DNA of 27,213 nt from an uncultured Nitrososphaeraceae archaeon (GCA_963825865.1 CAWGVG010000016.1:1-27213), one strand, 5' to 3'; shown: positions 1-11,491, counted from the stretch's first letter. A program made the numbers and translations. The notes: generated by a model not told the origin, from the letters alone.

Positions 1-119
1 ACTAATCCATTTAGTATACTTAATAGATGGGGGATTCTAAATAAAGGATGATTACTATTATGGGTCTACTACCATCAACGCCAAAGCCATTGACACTACA
101 AATACAAATGATGACGTTG

Positions 120-347
120 TTACCAAGTTAGAATTGGAAAGATACCAAGTAGAAGATAATCCTTATACATTTCTCTCAACAATCCCAAAATATCAACACC
201 TGAGCCCAACCAACCAAGGAACGCGAAAGTGATTGCAGCTGGCAGAAGTGTATCTATTTTTGTTTCTAATGCGACTTTCTGTAATACGAGTGAAATAAAG
301 AACCCTCCGGCAACACCTATACCTAAAAGTGCTCCTGATAATGCCAA
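120..347 (-). CDS. small hydrophobic membrane protein, probably a fragment
   Basis: 75-aa ORF with 2-3 hydrophobic segments; true start unclear. Confidence 0.3.
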   Translation of the reverse strand: MALSGALLGIGVAGGFFISLVLQKVALETKIDTLLPAAITFAFLGWLGSGVDILGLLREMYKDYLLLGIFPILTW

Positions 348-499
348 GATAATTCTGAATTGTTTTGGATATAATATGTTGTAAACTTTTTTCTCGAATA
401 GATAAACCAGTTAGTATGAAGAGTATTATTATTTGCGATATAATTTTAGCATAATAAAAATTAAGGAAAACAAAAAACTAATTGGCATTAGCAATATTC

Positions 500-957
500 T
501 TAATCTATTATGGGCGGGTGGATATCGTAGGTAGTAGTTTTGCTCCCTGGCTGACCGTGGCGTATTACGTCTAATACATTTTTGTCGTTTGAAAGCCAGT
601 ACGGTACGGTTTTTGCGTCTTTAGGACCGCGTTCCCATATGGAGATTTCAGACGGATGGTTTGGATTTGTAATGTCATAGCATTCAAAAAAGTATCGTTC
701 TGAGAACCTACCTTGGATTACCTCATTTGTTATAAAGTCTTTTTACGGTACTTGTTCTTTATTGAATCGCCCTGTGAAGCTAAGACGTTTCTGCTCCAAG
801 TCATGCACGAATTTGATAAACTTTCCTCTTTACCGCTATTGGCGTTTGTGGCTTGTTGTTGCTGTTGCTTGTTATAAATCTCCTGCAGGGATTCCTGAAT
901 TTTTCCTTTGGTTTCTAAATCAAAGGGAACTTGTTGTTGATAATTTGTTGTTTCCAT
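500..957 (-). pseudogene. disrupted mobile-element-type hypothetical protein, possibly ssDNA-binding/OB-like
   Basis: ORF 730-957 continues after a frameshift near 830 as KFIKFVHDLEQKRLSFTGRFNKEQVP*KDFITNEVIQGRFSERYFFECYD...VLDVIRHGQPGSKTTTYDIHPPIID* (stop at 500-502). One frameshift plus one internal stop. Function is inference. Confidence 0.5.
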
Positions 958-1451
958 TTTACTTTTTTACTTTTTTATGTTTTGTTTTCTTTTCCATCGG
1001 TACTACTTTCCTTTGAGATAGAAAGCACTCAAGCATACAAACAGCAATGATAGCTATAAACGTTTCTGTCTGTTGCTATGTATATATGAAAAAATTGGGC
1101 CGTTCATAGATGATATGTTTTAGATGTAAATGCATGGTTATTGTTCTTAATAGAGAAAATCCTCAAATGTTATCAATTATGTGTATTCTAAGATGAGATC
1201 CTTACAAATATCGGCTAGAAAACTTATGCTAATTGGGTTCGTACTTTTATAATAATCATCTAAATTACATCATAATGTTTGTAAATGATGTAATCTTAAC
1301 CACTAATTCATCATCTATATTATCGAAATTCTGCTGGTTTTGTGAAACCATATTCTATTAATAGAGTCATAGTATTATAAATGTTACCAGTATTATATAT
1401 CATACTTAATATCCTTTAATATGCAGAGACGCCATTGGTTTAAAAACACAT

Positions 1452-1650
1452 GATGTTTTGAATGCAATTAGCATCTGGTTGAATAAATGTAGGCAATTAA
1501 GACAGCTAGATTCTAACCTTGGTTCCATAACAAAATACATGTTAAAAGAGTCAAAGAAATATTAGAAATGGCCGTAGACCGCTCAAGTTTGAGACATTGA
1601 AGCTGAAAAACAAGATACTATATGAAATATTAAGACAACAGGATTGTTAA
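1452..1650 (+). pseudogene. remnant resembling the C-terminal PriX-like (primase non-catalytic) domain
   Basis: Manual translation across one frameshift: DVLNAISIWLNKCRQLRQLDSNL...IRNGRRPLKFETLKLKNKILYEIL. The WLxKC..LR.LD and P..L..LK..N..LY pattern recalls thaumarchaeal PriX-domain proteins. Confidence 0.45.
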
Positions 1651-1853
1651 AGGAAAATCTGTGATATGAGTAGGCTACCTTTGAGTTTGAGTATAATAGC
1701 ACCAAATCACTAGTGATATGATTTAACATGTCTCATCCGTCAGGGTTGTTTTTCTGGTAGCTTGACAATGTGGAATATTATACATATTATATATGTCGGT
1801 TGTCTTGGTAATGACGACGACAGATATACTTATGAAAGCATAAATAAGTCACA

Positions 1854-3431
1854 ATGCAACTGGACCTAATGAAAAATGCATTAACAAATGTAGCTTTAGT
1901 TTTAATAATAATATCAATTTTGTCTGGCACGTCACTAGTATCAGCTCCAGCTGTTTCTAGTAATTTTTCAACAGCCACACCTATCAAACACCTTGTTATT
2001 ATATTTCAAGAAAATGTTTCGTTCGATCACTATTTTGCTACTTATCCTAATGCTACAAATCCATCTGGCGAACCCCCTTTTCATGCATCTCCAAATACAC
2101 CATCAGTTAATGGCTTAACCGGGGCACTATTGACTAATAATACAAACGTCAAACACTCCAGCCATTTCGTTTCGACCGCTCACAAAATGCAACTTGCGAT
2201 ATGAATCACGGTTACACAGCAGGAGCAGAATGCAACTAATGGTGGTCTTTTGGACAAGATTCGTAAATTAATACATCTCCAAATAAAGCATTGTTAGATA
2301 ATTCGCCAATAGGACTAAGTTAGTCAATGGGTTATTATGATGGCAACACTGTGACCGCATTATGGAATTATGCTCAGCATTTTGCAATGAGCGACAACTT
2401 TTTCAGCACTACATTTGGTCCATCCACTCCAGGACATCTTAACCTTATTTCAGGCCAAACCCATGGGCCAATGCCAGCCAATATCAAGGGAGTTGTTAAT
2501 GGCACGGTAATTGCTAATCCGGACCCTGCTGTACGATAATTGCTCAGATCCTGCTAGACTCTTGATAAATATGTCAGGAGCGAACATAGGAGACCTTTTG
2601 AACTCCAAAGGTGTTACATGGGGTTGGTTCGCAGATGGATTTAGACTCCCAAATAAAACATCCTCATCGTCATCATCAGATATTAAGGTAAGTTGTGATA
2701 GCCGACCAGAACATTTGGGTAGTGACGGAAAAGTGTCGAAAGACTATTATCCAGATGAGAACCATTTCAATACTACAAGTCAACAGCCAATCCTCTGCAT
2801 CTGTCTCCTACCTCAAATTCAACTATCGGTCATAATAGCGATCAAGCCAATCATCAATATGATTTATTGATTTTTGGACTGCCGCTGACTCTGGTAATTT
2901 ACCGTCTGTCAGTTTCATCAAGGCTGCCAACTATCAACAGGGACATCCAGAACTATCAGATCCATTGAAAGAACAAACCTTTTTGGTAAACACACTGAAT
3001 CATTTGCAAGAACACCGCAATGGAATAGTCCTGCAGTCATAATAACGTATGATGATTCAGATGGATGGTATGATCATGTCATGCCTCCTATAGTTAGTCA
3101 ATCTAATGACCCTAAGTACGATAGACTATTAGGTAAGGACGGACTTTGTGGCCGGGCTCCCGCAGGCGCTTATCAAGATCGTTGTGGCTATGGGCCCCGT
3201 CTTCCTTTCTTGATAATATCTCCATATGCAAAGGTAAACTATGTAGATCATTCAGTTACTGACCAGACATCGATAATACGTTTTATTGAAGATAATTGGA
3301 ATCTAGGACGTATAGGAAATCAGTCCTTTGATGTTAAAGCTGGATCAATTCTAAACATGTTTAATTCTACCACAAACCATCATGCAGCAGCAAAGTTATT
3401 CCTTGACAATTCGACAGGGTTAGAAAAATGA
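1854..3431 (+). CDS. secreted phosphoesterase / phospholipase C (AcpA-like), split by several frameshifts
   Basis: Signal peptide; TPIKHLVIIFQENVSFDHYF, MGYYDG..LWNYAQHFAMSDNFF..TFGPSTPGHLNLISGQT, YDDSDGWYDHV and GYGPRLPFLIISPYAK motifs spread over 4-5 ORF pieces. Confidence 0.85.
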
Positions 3432-3588
3432 ACTTTCAGAGTTTGTATAAAAGCCTTATAATAAAATACACAAGAGTACATCCTTTTACTGTTTTCTGAA
3501 ATCCCTGTTTTATTGTTATTTGGTGAAGTTGGTGTCTTTTCACTTATACGTTGACTTTAATTTCACTCTTATTTTGTTTTAATAACAT

Positions 3589-3858
3589 TTGACTCACTCT
3601 CGAGAGAGACAAGTGGGTAGTCCTTTTTCAATTAAATATGGAGGTAAAGAGATAGGTGATAGTGCAGATGCTTTTGCACAGGTTGTTGCCAGTACAGTTA
3701 AGATTGCCGAGGCAATATCTGTATCTGCAGGACTGGAAGCTTCCTTCAAAGAAGAGAACAAGACTGGAAGCGAGCAACGTTTAATTTCCCAACAGGAGCT
3801 CAAACAAATTGACCGGCAGAAATTCATGAGAAAAATATTGAACAAACAGACGAATTAG
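3589..3858 (+). CDS. hypothetical protein or fragment
   Basis: 89-aa ORF with protein-like composition, no recognised motif. Confidence 0.25.
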   Translation: MTHSRERQVGSPFSIKYGGKEIGDSADAFAQVVASTVKIAEAISVSAGLEASFKEENKTGSEQRLISQQELKQIDRQKFMRKILNKQTN

Positions 3859-3974
3859 ATAACTTCTACAAAGATAAATTCACAAAGCTGGAATCTACGA
3901 TTATCTTTCTGAATTCCATCACATCATATTTGAATAAACCTAATAAATAATCTGTATGTTTGAAAAAGTAATAA

Positions 3975-4359
3975 ATAACTTAAGCTATTCGTAGTTATAA
4001 AATCAATGAATTTGACTCTATCCGTTTTCATATGTAGATACAAGATATATATCCTCAACCAATTGCAGACATGTTTTCTAACACATCCGTGGCTTTTGCA
4101 TGGAATAAAAAGACGATTGCAAGAAGGAATAAAACAGAAAGAAGAACTGTTCTCCTTCAGAATATTCATAAGAGTAAAACACTACATATCGTGCTTGAGG
4201 AAGAGGTTGGCACACAGAAATTATATAATTCATTGGTACACCACCCCATTCTCCTATGGCAGTCCACTTTGAAGATGTTCTGCTGCTTCTTTTGAATCTG
4301 ACCATTAAAGGAAGTAGCGGCGTCTTTAGCTATACATTTATCGTGAAGTGAACAGAGCC
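3975..4359 (-). mobile_element. IS6-like element remnant, internally deleted, carrying a passenger fragment
   Basis: GGCTCTGTTCACT end at 4359 (cf. IS26 GGCACTGT, IS257 GGTTCTGT), short N-terminus MVRFKRSSRTSSK, and C-terminal piece PCKSHGCVRKHVCNWLRIYILYLHMKTDRVKF resembling archaeal IS6 transposase tails. Left boundary approximate. Confidence 0.5.
4150..4266 (-). pseudogene. internal fragment of a molybdopterin oxidoreductase (MsrP/sulfite-oxidase family)
   Basis: WTAIGEWGGVPMNYIISVCQPLPQARYVVFYSY matches the W.A...W.GV....P...ARYV.F segment of this family. Confidence 0.65.
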
Positions 4360-4482
4360 ACCATGCTTTTCTAAAGTTTTATAAACTCCACATTCATACG
4401 CGCCTAGGGAACCACCTCCCTGCATTATCAAGACAGTTTCATGCTGTCCTTTTTGTATGTCTCTTATTTGTATCCTGTCCAA
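4330..4482 (-). pseudogene. truncated N-terminus of a patatin-like phospholipase
   Basis: ETVLIMQGGGSLGAYECGVYKTLEKHG glycine-rich oxyanion motif; cut before the GxSxG motif. Not in the ORF track. Confidence 0.8.
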
Positions 4483-4595
4483 GTTGGTTATAAGAAATAA
4501 TTCATTATCTGTCTAATAAAAGTAAGAACATTATGTTGTTGATTGATTTCTCTTGGATATCAAAAGAGGATTATGCAATTAACAGTCACATCAAG

Positions 4596-6033
4596 CTACA
4601 ACAACTTTTTTACCAACTGTGATGCTGCAATATTAACTGGCTCCCACACAGGAGAAGCTGGTGGGACATAGCATGCATCATAATTTGCTAAATCTCTGAT
4701 ATCTGCTTTGAGCAAGAGAGCTAATGCAATTAAATCAATCCTTTCCTTTACTGCTTCCCCTCCAACAATCTGCGAGCCCAATACTCTTCCACTCCTTCTA
4801 TCAGCAACAATCTTTATCCATATCGGCTTACTACCTGGGTAGTAACCGGCTCTTGTTATACTTTCTATTTCTTCCTCAATAGGATCAAAACCATACTTTA
4901 AAGCTTCTTCTCTAGTTAATCCTGTTTTGCCAATAAATAAGTCAAATACTTTGGTTATAGCGCTGCCTGCAATTCCTATAAATTTTGCATTTCCACCAGC
5001 GAGCGTTCTCACCTGCAACTCGTCCTTGCTTATTTGCTGTTGTTCCTAAAGGTAGATATGTATCCTTGTTTGTAATGTAGCTTCTAGCAGTAGCACAATC
5101 GCCTGCTGCAAATATATCTGGTATATTGGTTCTCATATGATCGTCTACCTTAATAGCATTGGCATATCCTAGCTCTATACCAGCATCTCTAGCTATTTCA
5201 GAATTAGGTCTTACACCAGTTCCAAGAACTACGAAATCAGCATCAATCTGACGTTTAGTAGCAATAGTATTAGTATTGGTGGTAGTGGTGGTAGTAGTCT
5301 TTACACCCTTGACCTGTCTCTCTATACCACTACCAAGAATTTCTTCAACTCGCTCACCTAGTATAACTTTCACTCCATTGGCTTCTAACTCTCTTTGTAC
5401 AATCTTGGCCATATTTGGGTCAAGAATGAGAGGAAGAATATGGTCACTCATCTCTACTACCGTTACGTCCATTACTGTTCTTGTGGTGTATCGTTTCTTA
5501 AAAGCCTCTGCCATCTCAAGACCAATAAGGCCTGCACCCGCAATTAAACAGGAACGAGCATTTTTTGTAGAATCGTTAATTCTAACTCCATCTCCGTAAT
5601 TTCTTATCAAAAATACGCCTTCGAACTGATTAACACCTTTGATATTGGGAACTAATGCTCTTGCACCCGTTGCTATCACCAAAGAGTCATATTCAAAAAT
5701 CGTTTCTCTGCCAGTTTGCAGATCTGTTGCATATACTTCTTTTTTTATTCTATCTATTTTGTGTGCACGTGTGTTTACGATTACATCTATATGATATTCA
5801 TTTTTGAAAATATCTGGAGGTCTTTCTATTAGTTCTTCAAAATTATTTATGATACCTTCTATGACATAAGGCATTCCACACGCACCATAAGAAACCACAC
5901 TTTCATCTTGAATTATCTTTACATCAGCATCAGGATCAATCCTTTTAGCTTTTGATGCAGCACTAGAACCTGCAGCAACACCACCAATAATCAGTATTCT
6001 CTTATTATTATTCTTCTTCGTCGTCGTCTGCAT
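4596..6033 (-). CDS. cdr: CoA-disulfide reductase / NADH oxidase family flavoprotein (one frameshift near 5000)
   Basis: IIGGVAAG FAD motif, SYGACG redox Cys, GAGLIGLE NAD motif, FAAGDC, PLGTTANKQG, C-terminal dimerisation domain with YVPP. Confidence 0.85.
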
Positions 6034-6243
6034 CGCAGTTTAGATGATTTCTTATTATATAAGTAATATTTATCAGGTATGCTTTCAGGATATAAATTTT
6101 AATTAGAGCTTCTTTTCAAGAGGATGGGCTAAAGTATATTCAGTAGTATATTTGCTGTTGAATGAAAGTGGCAAAATAAAAAAGTAGTTTTAAGAAGTTA
6201 AGATATTTAAGATGCTACCCAGCAATAGCAAGTTGAGACATAT

Positions 6244-6900
6244 ATGAGTTCGTCGGAAGATCGTGACATAGAGCCATTTGATTGGTTCAATAGATTCTTT
6301 GGCGGTGGTAGAAGAAGTGGCGGAAGAGGAGGAGGATTTTTTGGTTTTCCTGATATTTTCAGGGGATTTGATGATATGAGAAAAGAAATGGAAAGACAAT
6401 TTGAACAACAGTTTAAGGATATAGAGAGTAAAGCACCAAAAGACCTCGTAAAAGAATATGAAACATCTACTGGGTGTAAGGTAAGAGAATATGGGCCATT
6501 TGTTTATGGTTATTCTATGACAATAGGTCCTGATGGTAGACCAAAAGTAAGAGAATTTGGCAATGTTAAATCACCATTTAGTAGCAAAGGCTTTTTCACT
6601 AGGCCACTTGTATCATCTGAACGGGAACCTTTAGCAGACGTAACAACTACAGATAAGGAGGTAAAAGTGGTAGTAGAAATGCCAGGTGTTAGCAAAGAGA
6701 ATATCAAGGTAAACGTCTATGATAATTCATTAGAAGTAACAACTACTGGCACAGATAGAAAATATCATGAAGTTATTGAAATACCTCCTGAAACAGATAT
6801 TGAAACAGTCACGTCAACCTATAAAAATGGTATACTTGAAATAGCATTCAAGAAAAAAGAACAGACAAAACCAAAGGGAAAGCAGATAAAGATAGAATAA
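6244..6900 (+). CDS. hsp20: archaeal small heat-shock protein Hsp20
   Basis: GPFVYGYSMTIGPDGRPKVREFGNV, EPLADV, EMPGVSKENI, YKNGILEI, terminal I-K-I motif. Confidence 0.95.
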   Translation: MSSSEDRDIEPFDWFNRFFGGGRRSGGRGGGFFGFPDIFRGFDDMRKEMERQFEQQFKDIESKAPKDLVKEYETSTGCKVREYGPFVYGYSMTIGPDGRPKVREFGNVKSPFSSKGFFTRPLVSSEREPLADVTTTDKEVKVVVEMPGVSKENIKVNVYDNSLEVTTTGTDRKYHEVIEIPPETDIETVTSTYKNGILEIAFKKKEQTKPKGKQIKIE

Positions 6901-6955
6901 AGTCATTTTCTTTCTCATTAAGATTTACAGTTTTTGAGTTTATATTCAGTATAAT

Positions 6956-7558
6956 ATGTATTCAAACAAGCAGACCACTACCAAACCTAATGATGCTGTC
7001 AATGAGGTTAGTTTATTCCTAAAAGAGCGGATTAGAAAATATCTAAATCAGAATGATTATTATCCTGGTTATACGGCGGTACTAGCAAAGCCTTTCAGAG
7101 ATATAAGACATATAAATTACTATAATTTTACAGGTATAATCCGAGATGTCTATAATTATTTGTATCAATTTGAAGATGAAGGGGCATTAATATCAGATTT
7201 TATATACTGTCAGCAGCCCATAGATGATAGAAATATACTCACTTGGGAAGATGCTCATATTTTAATAGAAAGTGATAGAATATCAGATACAAGTCCAGAA
7301 AAATTAAAAAGACTTTTAAATACAATTATAACTGACGAGGAAATAAAGCTAAAATTTGTGGATCTCAAAAATAAGCGTAAAAAGATAGATAATGAATTAA
7401 AGAATTTTTGTAACCTCGTCAAGAATCTATCTGACAATATAGATCTGGGTCACATTATCAAAGGTACTTGCGATATAGGATATTCGTCATTTACCCTTAG
7501 ACAGATAGTGATAGTAGTTATCGTCGCCCATACATTTATTCATCTCTTGTTCCGATAA
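6956..7558 (+). CDS. hypothetical protein
   Basis: 200-aa ORF with a coiled-coil-like segment, no recognised family. Confidence 0.5.
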   Translation: MYSNKQTTTKPNDAVNEVSLFLKERIRKYLNQNDYYPGYTAVLAKPFRDIRHINYYNFTGIIRDVYNYLYQFEDEGALISDFIYCQQPIDDRNILTWEDAHILIESDRISDTSPEKLKRLLNTIITDEEIKLKFVDLKNKRKKIDNELKNFCNLVKNLSDNIDLGHIIKGTCDIGYSSFTLRQIVIVVIVAHTFIHLLFR

Positions 7559-7760
7559 CAGTTCTAAAAAGAAACTCTTTAATTATAAGATAGATGAGCT
7601 AAGCTTTAAAGTTTTCGAATTGTTAGCGAAGAAAGGTTATCCCTCACTTTAAGATACTACTTACCTAAAGATCAATTTTACTTTCTATATCTCGATGCTA
7701 TTTTACTAGCCGCAATAACAATAAAAGCCTCACTAGAATATTTAACAAAAAGGAAACAAG

Positions 7761-8007
7761 ATGCCTACTGACAATCTTTTCACCCCTGAGGTTATAGGAG
7801 GTCATTATTGCAATATTAGTTCCCTTCGGAACTGCTGTTTTTGCATTAGGAGTACTACATAATTAAATTAAGACACTTGAAACAGATGTTAGAGATCTAA
7901 AAGCTCGACTGTATGATTTATCGACAAAGTTTGAAGCAGATTTATTAGCAAGGAAAGCACAAGAAGAACGTAAAAGGATCAAAAGGGTAGGAGAAGAAAC
8001 AAGATAA
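7761..8007 (+). pseudogene. disrupted small single-TM plus coiled-coil protein
   Basis: MPTDNLFTPEVIG/VIIAILVPFGTAVFALGVLHN*IKTLETDVRDLKARLYDLSTKFE...; its stop overlaps the next ATG (TAATG). Confidence 0.5.
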
Positions 8008-8285
8008 TGAGTTCTATTCCTATGGATTACAGTCGTGAAAAACTGGACATATTATTGAAGAGGTTAGAGCTTCATATGTTGACTAAAGATGAAGCTCATG
8101 AGTTAATGCCTTTACTGGAAGAGGAACGGAATAATGCTAAAAGAGACGGCAATGTAGAATACGAGAGAGTTTTAAGTGGTTTGTTAAATATATTAGATAT
8201 GTATATTGCAAATAAAGTCAATCTCTATGACAGTAATATTGACATACTAGACAGACTAAGTGCCATGAATCTTTCAAATCTATAA
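8007..8285 (+). CDS. hypothetical helical protein
   Basis: 92-aa ORF, translationally coupled to the upstream gene. Confidence 0.6.
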   Translation: MSSIPMDYSREKLDILLKRLELHMLTKDEAHELMPLLEEERNNAKRDGNVEYERVLSGLLNILDMYIANKVNLYDSNIDILDRLSAMNLSNL

Positions 8286-8923
8286 AAATATATACACAGA
8301 ATGTAGTCGGAAATTTGTTTTGCATCTCTTTTGTCTATTTTTCGATCTTTGCTCAGTATTGATATCTATTTATTTAAATCAAGGTTCGCATGCGACAAAA
8401 CCATAGAACTTGGACGGATGGTTATTCTGAATTTGTTCTTAAGGGCTCAGAAGAAAAATCATAGGCCCGGCGAAATTTGAAACTGTCAAGAATTCTTTTA
8501 AGCAATTGAGACTAACATTTACTAACAAGTTTAAACTTATGCTGGAACAATTGGGAATTGATTATTCTAATGTATAACTAAAACCGAACAAATTGTTTCA
8601 ATCTGAAAATATATAACGCATAGGTGTTATCTAGCCGGTATTCTTTAAAACAATTCCGTGAGATATTAACAACATTTGGTTGCTCTGGACGATATCAGGT
8701 AAAATATTTCTATAGCCTTGAATACTCAATAACTAGTAGTTTGACTAGCATATACAATATATCGCATCTCAAGAAATTCAAGAATACCACTGTTTCTTCG
8801 AAAGAGCGACCTTGGTAGATTTCTATCAATGTCTCAAATCCAGCGAACATCTAGGTTAGCACTTGGGGTCTTGTACTCCGTTACTAGCATCTACCCAACC
8901 ATCATTATATCCATTTACATATT

Positions 8924-9973
8924 AGATGTATTGCGTAATTACTAAAGGAAATCTCTTTATGATGGTTCGTTATAGTCCTGTTCTGTTAGAGTAACGTCCT
9001 ATTAGTTCGCATCATTATTCTGAAATTTACCAATCCTGAAACAATGTCAGAAGCATGATCATATCTTCCAAGCTTGTTTCTAAATTTAGTACCCATTATT
9101 CCAAACTTTTTAATTCTGCTTACAGTATGCTCGACTATTATCCTTAATTTGGAATGCTTTCTGTTATGTCTCTTTTCCTCATCTGAGAGTTCACTTTTCC
9201 TTTTTTTTCTAAATGGCAGTACAGGCTTTACAGTGGGAAAGTCATTATGAACGCCCAAGTAACCAAGGTCAAACACATTTTCAACTTGAACTGGAGTTGT
9301 AGGATGTTTATTTTTGAAAACTTCATAATCATGTATTCTTCCCCAATCATGACCTGTCTTGTGTAGTATAGTACCCTCATTGTTTACCATATACTGTGTC
9401 TTGATAGTGTGTTTCTTCTTTTTGCCAGAATAGTAGCTTTTTCTCTTTCTCTTGTTCTTTGGTCTTGGTATCTCCTGTTCGGAACAGTCTATGAAAGCCT
9501 TGAAACCTGGAAAGTAATCTTCAACTTCATCTATAGTCCTAAGCCTTCTTGTACGTTTATACAACTTCTTTGGCAATGGGATACACAGTTTGATAAGTGG
9601 TTCAAGCATAGATATATCTCTGCAAACATTGCTCTGATTAAGATCAAATAGAAATTCTGAAAGTGTGTATGTAATGTACAGTCTGTAATAGACTAAAAGC
9701 ATCAAGAATCTTTCTTTGGCTTTCAGTTTGAATGGTCTACCAGCACCAACATCTCTTTCTCTTTTCCTATTGGAAAGACGCTTTCTTTCATGTTCATCAT
9801 ATTTTGATTCTATTTCTTTGGCAATAATATCAAATTCTGATACAACCAGTCCAGTAAACGATTTGAATAACAACGGTCTTCTTGATAATCGAGCGTAAGA
9901 CATCAACGGAGTATCAAATATGTGCAGATCAATGGAGAATAAAGCTCTAAGCTTTCAATTACGCAAGAGGTCT
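8924..9973 (-). mobile_element. IS5-family insertion sequence (ISL2-like), 1050 bp
   Basis: Imperfect TIRs AGATGTATTGCGTAATT / AGACCTCTTGCGTAATT (13/17); 3-bp TSD ATT at 8921-8923 and 9974-9976. Confidence 0.9.
8986..9906 (-). CDS. IS5-family DDE transposase (HTH + DDE endonuclease)
   Basis: FKSFTGL, GAGRPFKL, IDCSEQ.IPRP, YYSGKKKKHTIK, HD, DLGYLG, RIIVEH catalytic motifs; intact. Confidence 0.95.
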   Translation of the reverse strand: MMSYARLSRRPLLFKSFTGLVVSEFDIIAKEIESKYDEHERKRLSNRKRERDVGAGRPFKLKAKERFLMLLVYYRLYITYTLSEFLFDLNQSNVCRDISMLEPLIKLCIPLPKKLYKRTRRLRTIDEVEDYFPGFKAFIDCSEQEIPRPKNKRKRKSYYSGKKKKHTIKTQYMVNNEGTILHKTGHDWGRIHDYEVFKNKHPTTPVQVENVFDLGYLGVHNDFPTVKPVLPFRKKRKSELSDEEKRHNRKHSKLRIIVEHTVSRIKKFGIMGTKFRNKLGRYDHASDIVSGLVNFRIMMRTNRTLL

Positions 9974-10453
9974 ATTGCTTATTGTATTCTGCGCTATGTC
10001 TATTGCCAGGGTCACTATCAAAGCCTGTATGTTTTGAGAAGTGAACATGTGCATCTACATACCCCTGATCATAACCGTTATCTCCTTCAGTACCTTCCAA
10101 TCCTGCGCAAGCCGAATTCGTTGGCTCTTCTCTAAATCCTAGTGCTTTTCCAGTCTTGAGTTCTTTCGCTTCCACTTGGATACAGGCAAAAGGAATGCTG
10201 CAACATACTACCAATATATGTAGCAGTACAAATAGTTTCATATCGGACTGTAAAAAGAATACTTACAAATATAATTCATGTTCTATTAGTACTATTATGG
10301 AAAGCTCGTTTTGCGAAATCTGAAAAGCAGCTAAATCGAATTGACGTTCCAAAAGAATTGGAAAAGTTGTTTTGTATAGCTAATAGCGATAGAAACATCA
10401 TTAGGTTATCAATATATTACATTTATTTTTAAACTTGTTTTTTGCTAATTTCT

Positions 10454-10493
10454 TTATCATTTGATTTTTTGTAAGGACCAAAAACATGTACAA
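10454..10493. repeat. dispersed intergenic repeat R1, copy A
   Basis: TTATCATTTGATTT-n-TAAGGA-n7/8-ATGTACAA, also at 14150 and 17174. Confidence 0.75.
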
Positions 10494-10593
10494 AACAGTA
10501 AAAAGAGATAGATATATGTATATCCATAGGATCTGCTATATAGCACATCCAATATTAGAAACTAACCGAGTGAACGGCTCTGTCGATTTGAAT

Positions 10594-11157
10594 TTAACGT
10601 TCCATGGTCCTAGAAGACATCATTTGCATTCTTCTTCCTGATATTGCAAGGACAATTATCTCTATCCCTATTATTAAAAGTGCTATTCCTAAGATGAGGG
10701 ACACAAGAACTGCGCCATACAACGGAGACGCCATTATCAATATGGACAATGCAATAGCTATAACTCCTGCACCGATGCCAAACCCTCTTGCCCAGCCTGG
10801 ACTTTCTTTGTTTCCTACTCCATATACGACGTGAGCAATACCATTAAACAATAGAGCGATTGCCAATAAAGTTATTACGAACACAGTTGTGCCTATAGGA
10901 AATGCCAAAGCTATTAAGGCCAAGATAATAGCTAGGACCCCAAGTCCCACACTACCCCAGCGTGATTTATTCGCAACAAATATTCCACTTAGAATTTTCT
11001 CGACTCCAACAAATAGCAATATTATCGCAATTATGATTATAATCGACACAACTGTTATTCCTGGATGTATTAAAACTAGTATTGATAATATGATGACTAT
11101 CGCACCCAGGCCAACCTGCGCACCACGCATCCATCTAGGAGATTTTGATTCACTCAA
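10594..11157 (-). CDS. HdeD/DUF308 family membrane protein
   Basis: Six TM segments arranged as three repeats of G....I..LI.P..T....I..A..LLF.G. Confidence 0.85.
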   Translation of the reverse strand: MSESKSPRWMRGAQVGLGAIVIILSILVLIHPGITVVSIIIIIAIILLFVGVEKILSGIFVANKSRWGSVGLGVLAIILALIALAFPIGTTVFVITLLAIALLFNGIAHVVYGVGNKESPGWARGFGIGAGVIAIALSILIMASPLYGAVLVSLILGIALLIIGIEIIVLAISGRRMQMMSSRTMER

Positions 11158-11491
11158 TACAATATTAAAGAATATATATGTATATTTATGATTAATAATA
11201 CATGATTAGCTATTCTTATTACTTAACAACAAACTAATTTTGATATTTGCTTTTATTTTCTAGATTAGCAGAGCAAGATACTTGACGTTTGTTTAGCTTT
11301 CACAACATGTGATGGGCATAGTAATTGTTGGAGTAACTAAGTATACTAAGCTTTTACAAATTCGTCTGTGAGTATATGCATATGTGTTTAACCTATAACG
11401 TCGTCGTATATGCCTATAAGATGAGAGTTGCCTAATCTATGATTTCCATCTGAAACTATTTTTTTTATATTGTATTAGATAGATAAAGTGC

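Larger units (their letters stand above)
8856..10241 (-). pseudogene. secreted protein with GY..G..DA repeats, interrupted by the IS
   Basis: Removing the IS and one TSD restores a 110-aa ORF ending ...EYNKQ|YVNGYNDGWVDASNGVQDPKC*. Confidence 0.8.

Noticed and set aside
5262-5298. Trinucleotide tracts (poly-Thr, poly-Gln, poly-Asn) as contingency loci
   Set aside because: Imperfect, in frame, and common low-complexity inserts in this type of genome.
5276-5599. Antisense ORFs (also 762-1016, 6510-6707, 9409-9651, 10604-11191, 14875-15225, 18723-19013, 20583-20873, 22570-22879)
   Set aside because: Shadow frames of well-supported genes on the opposite strand.
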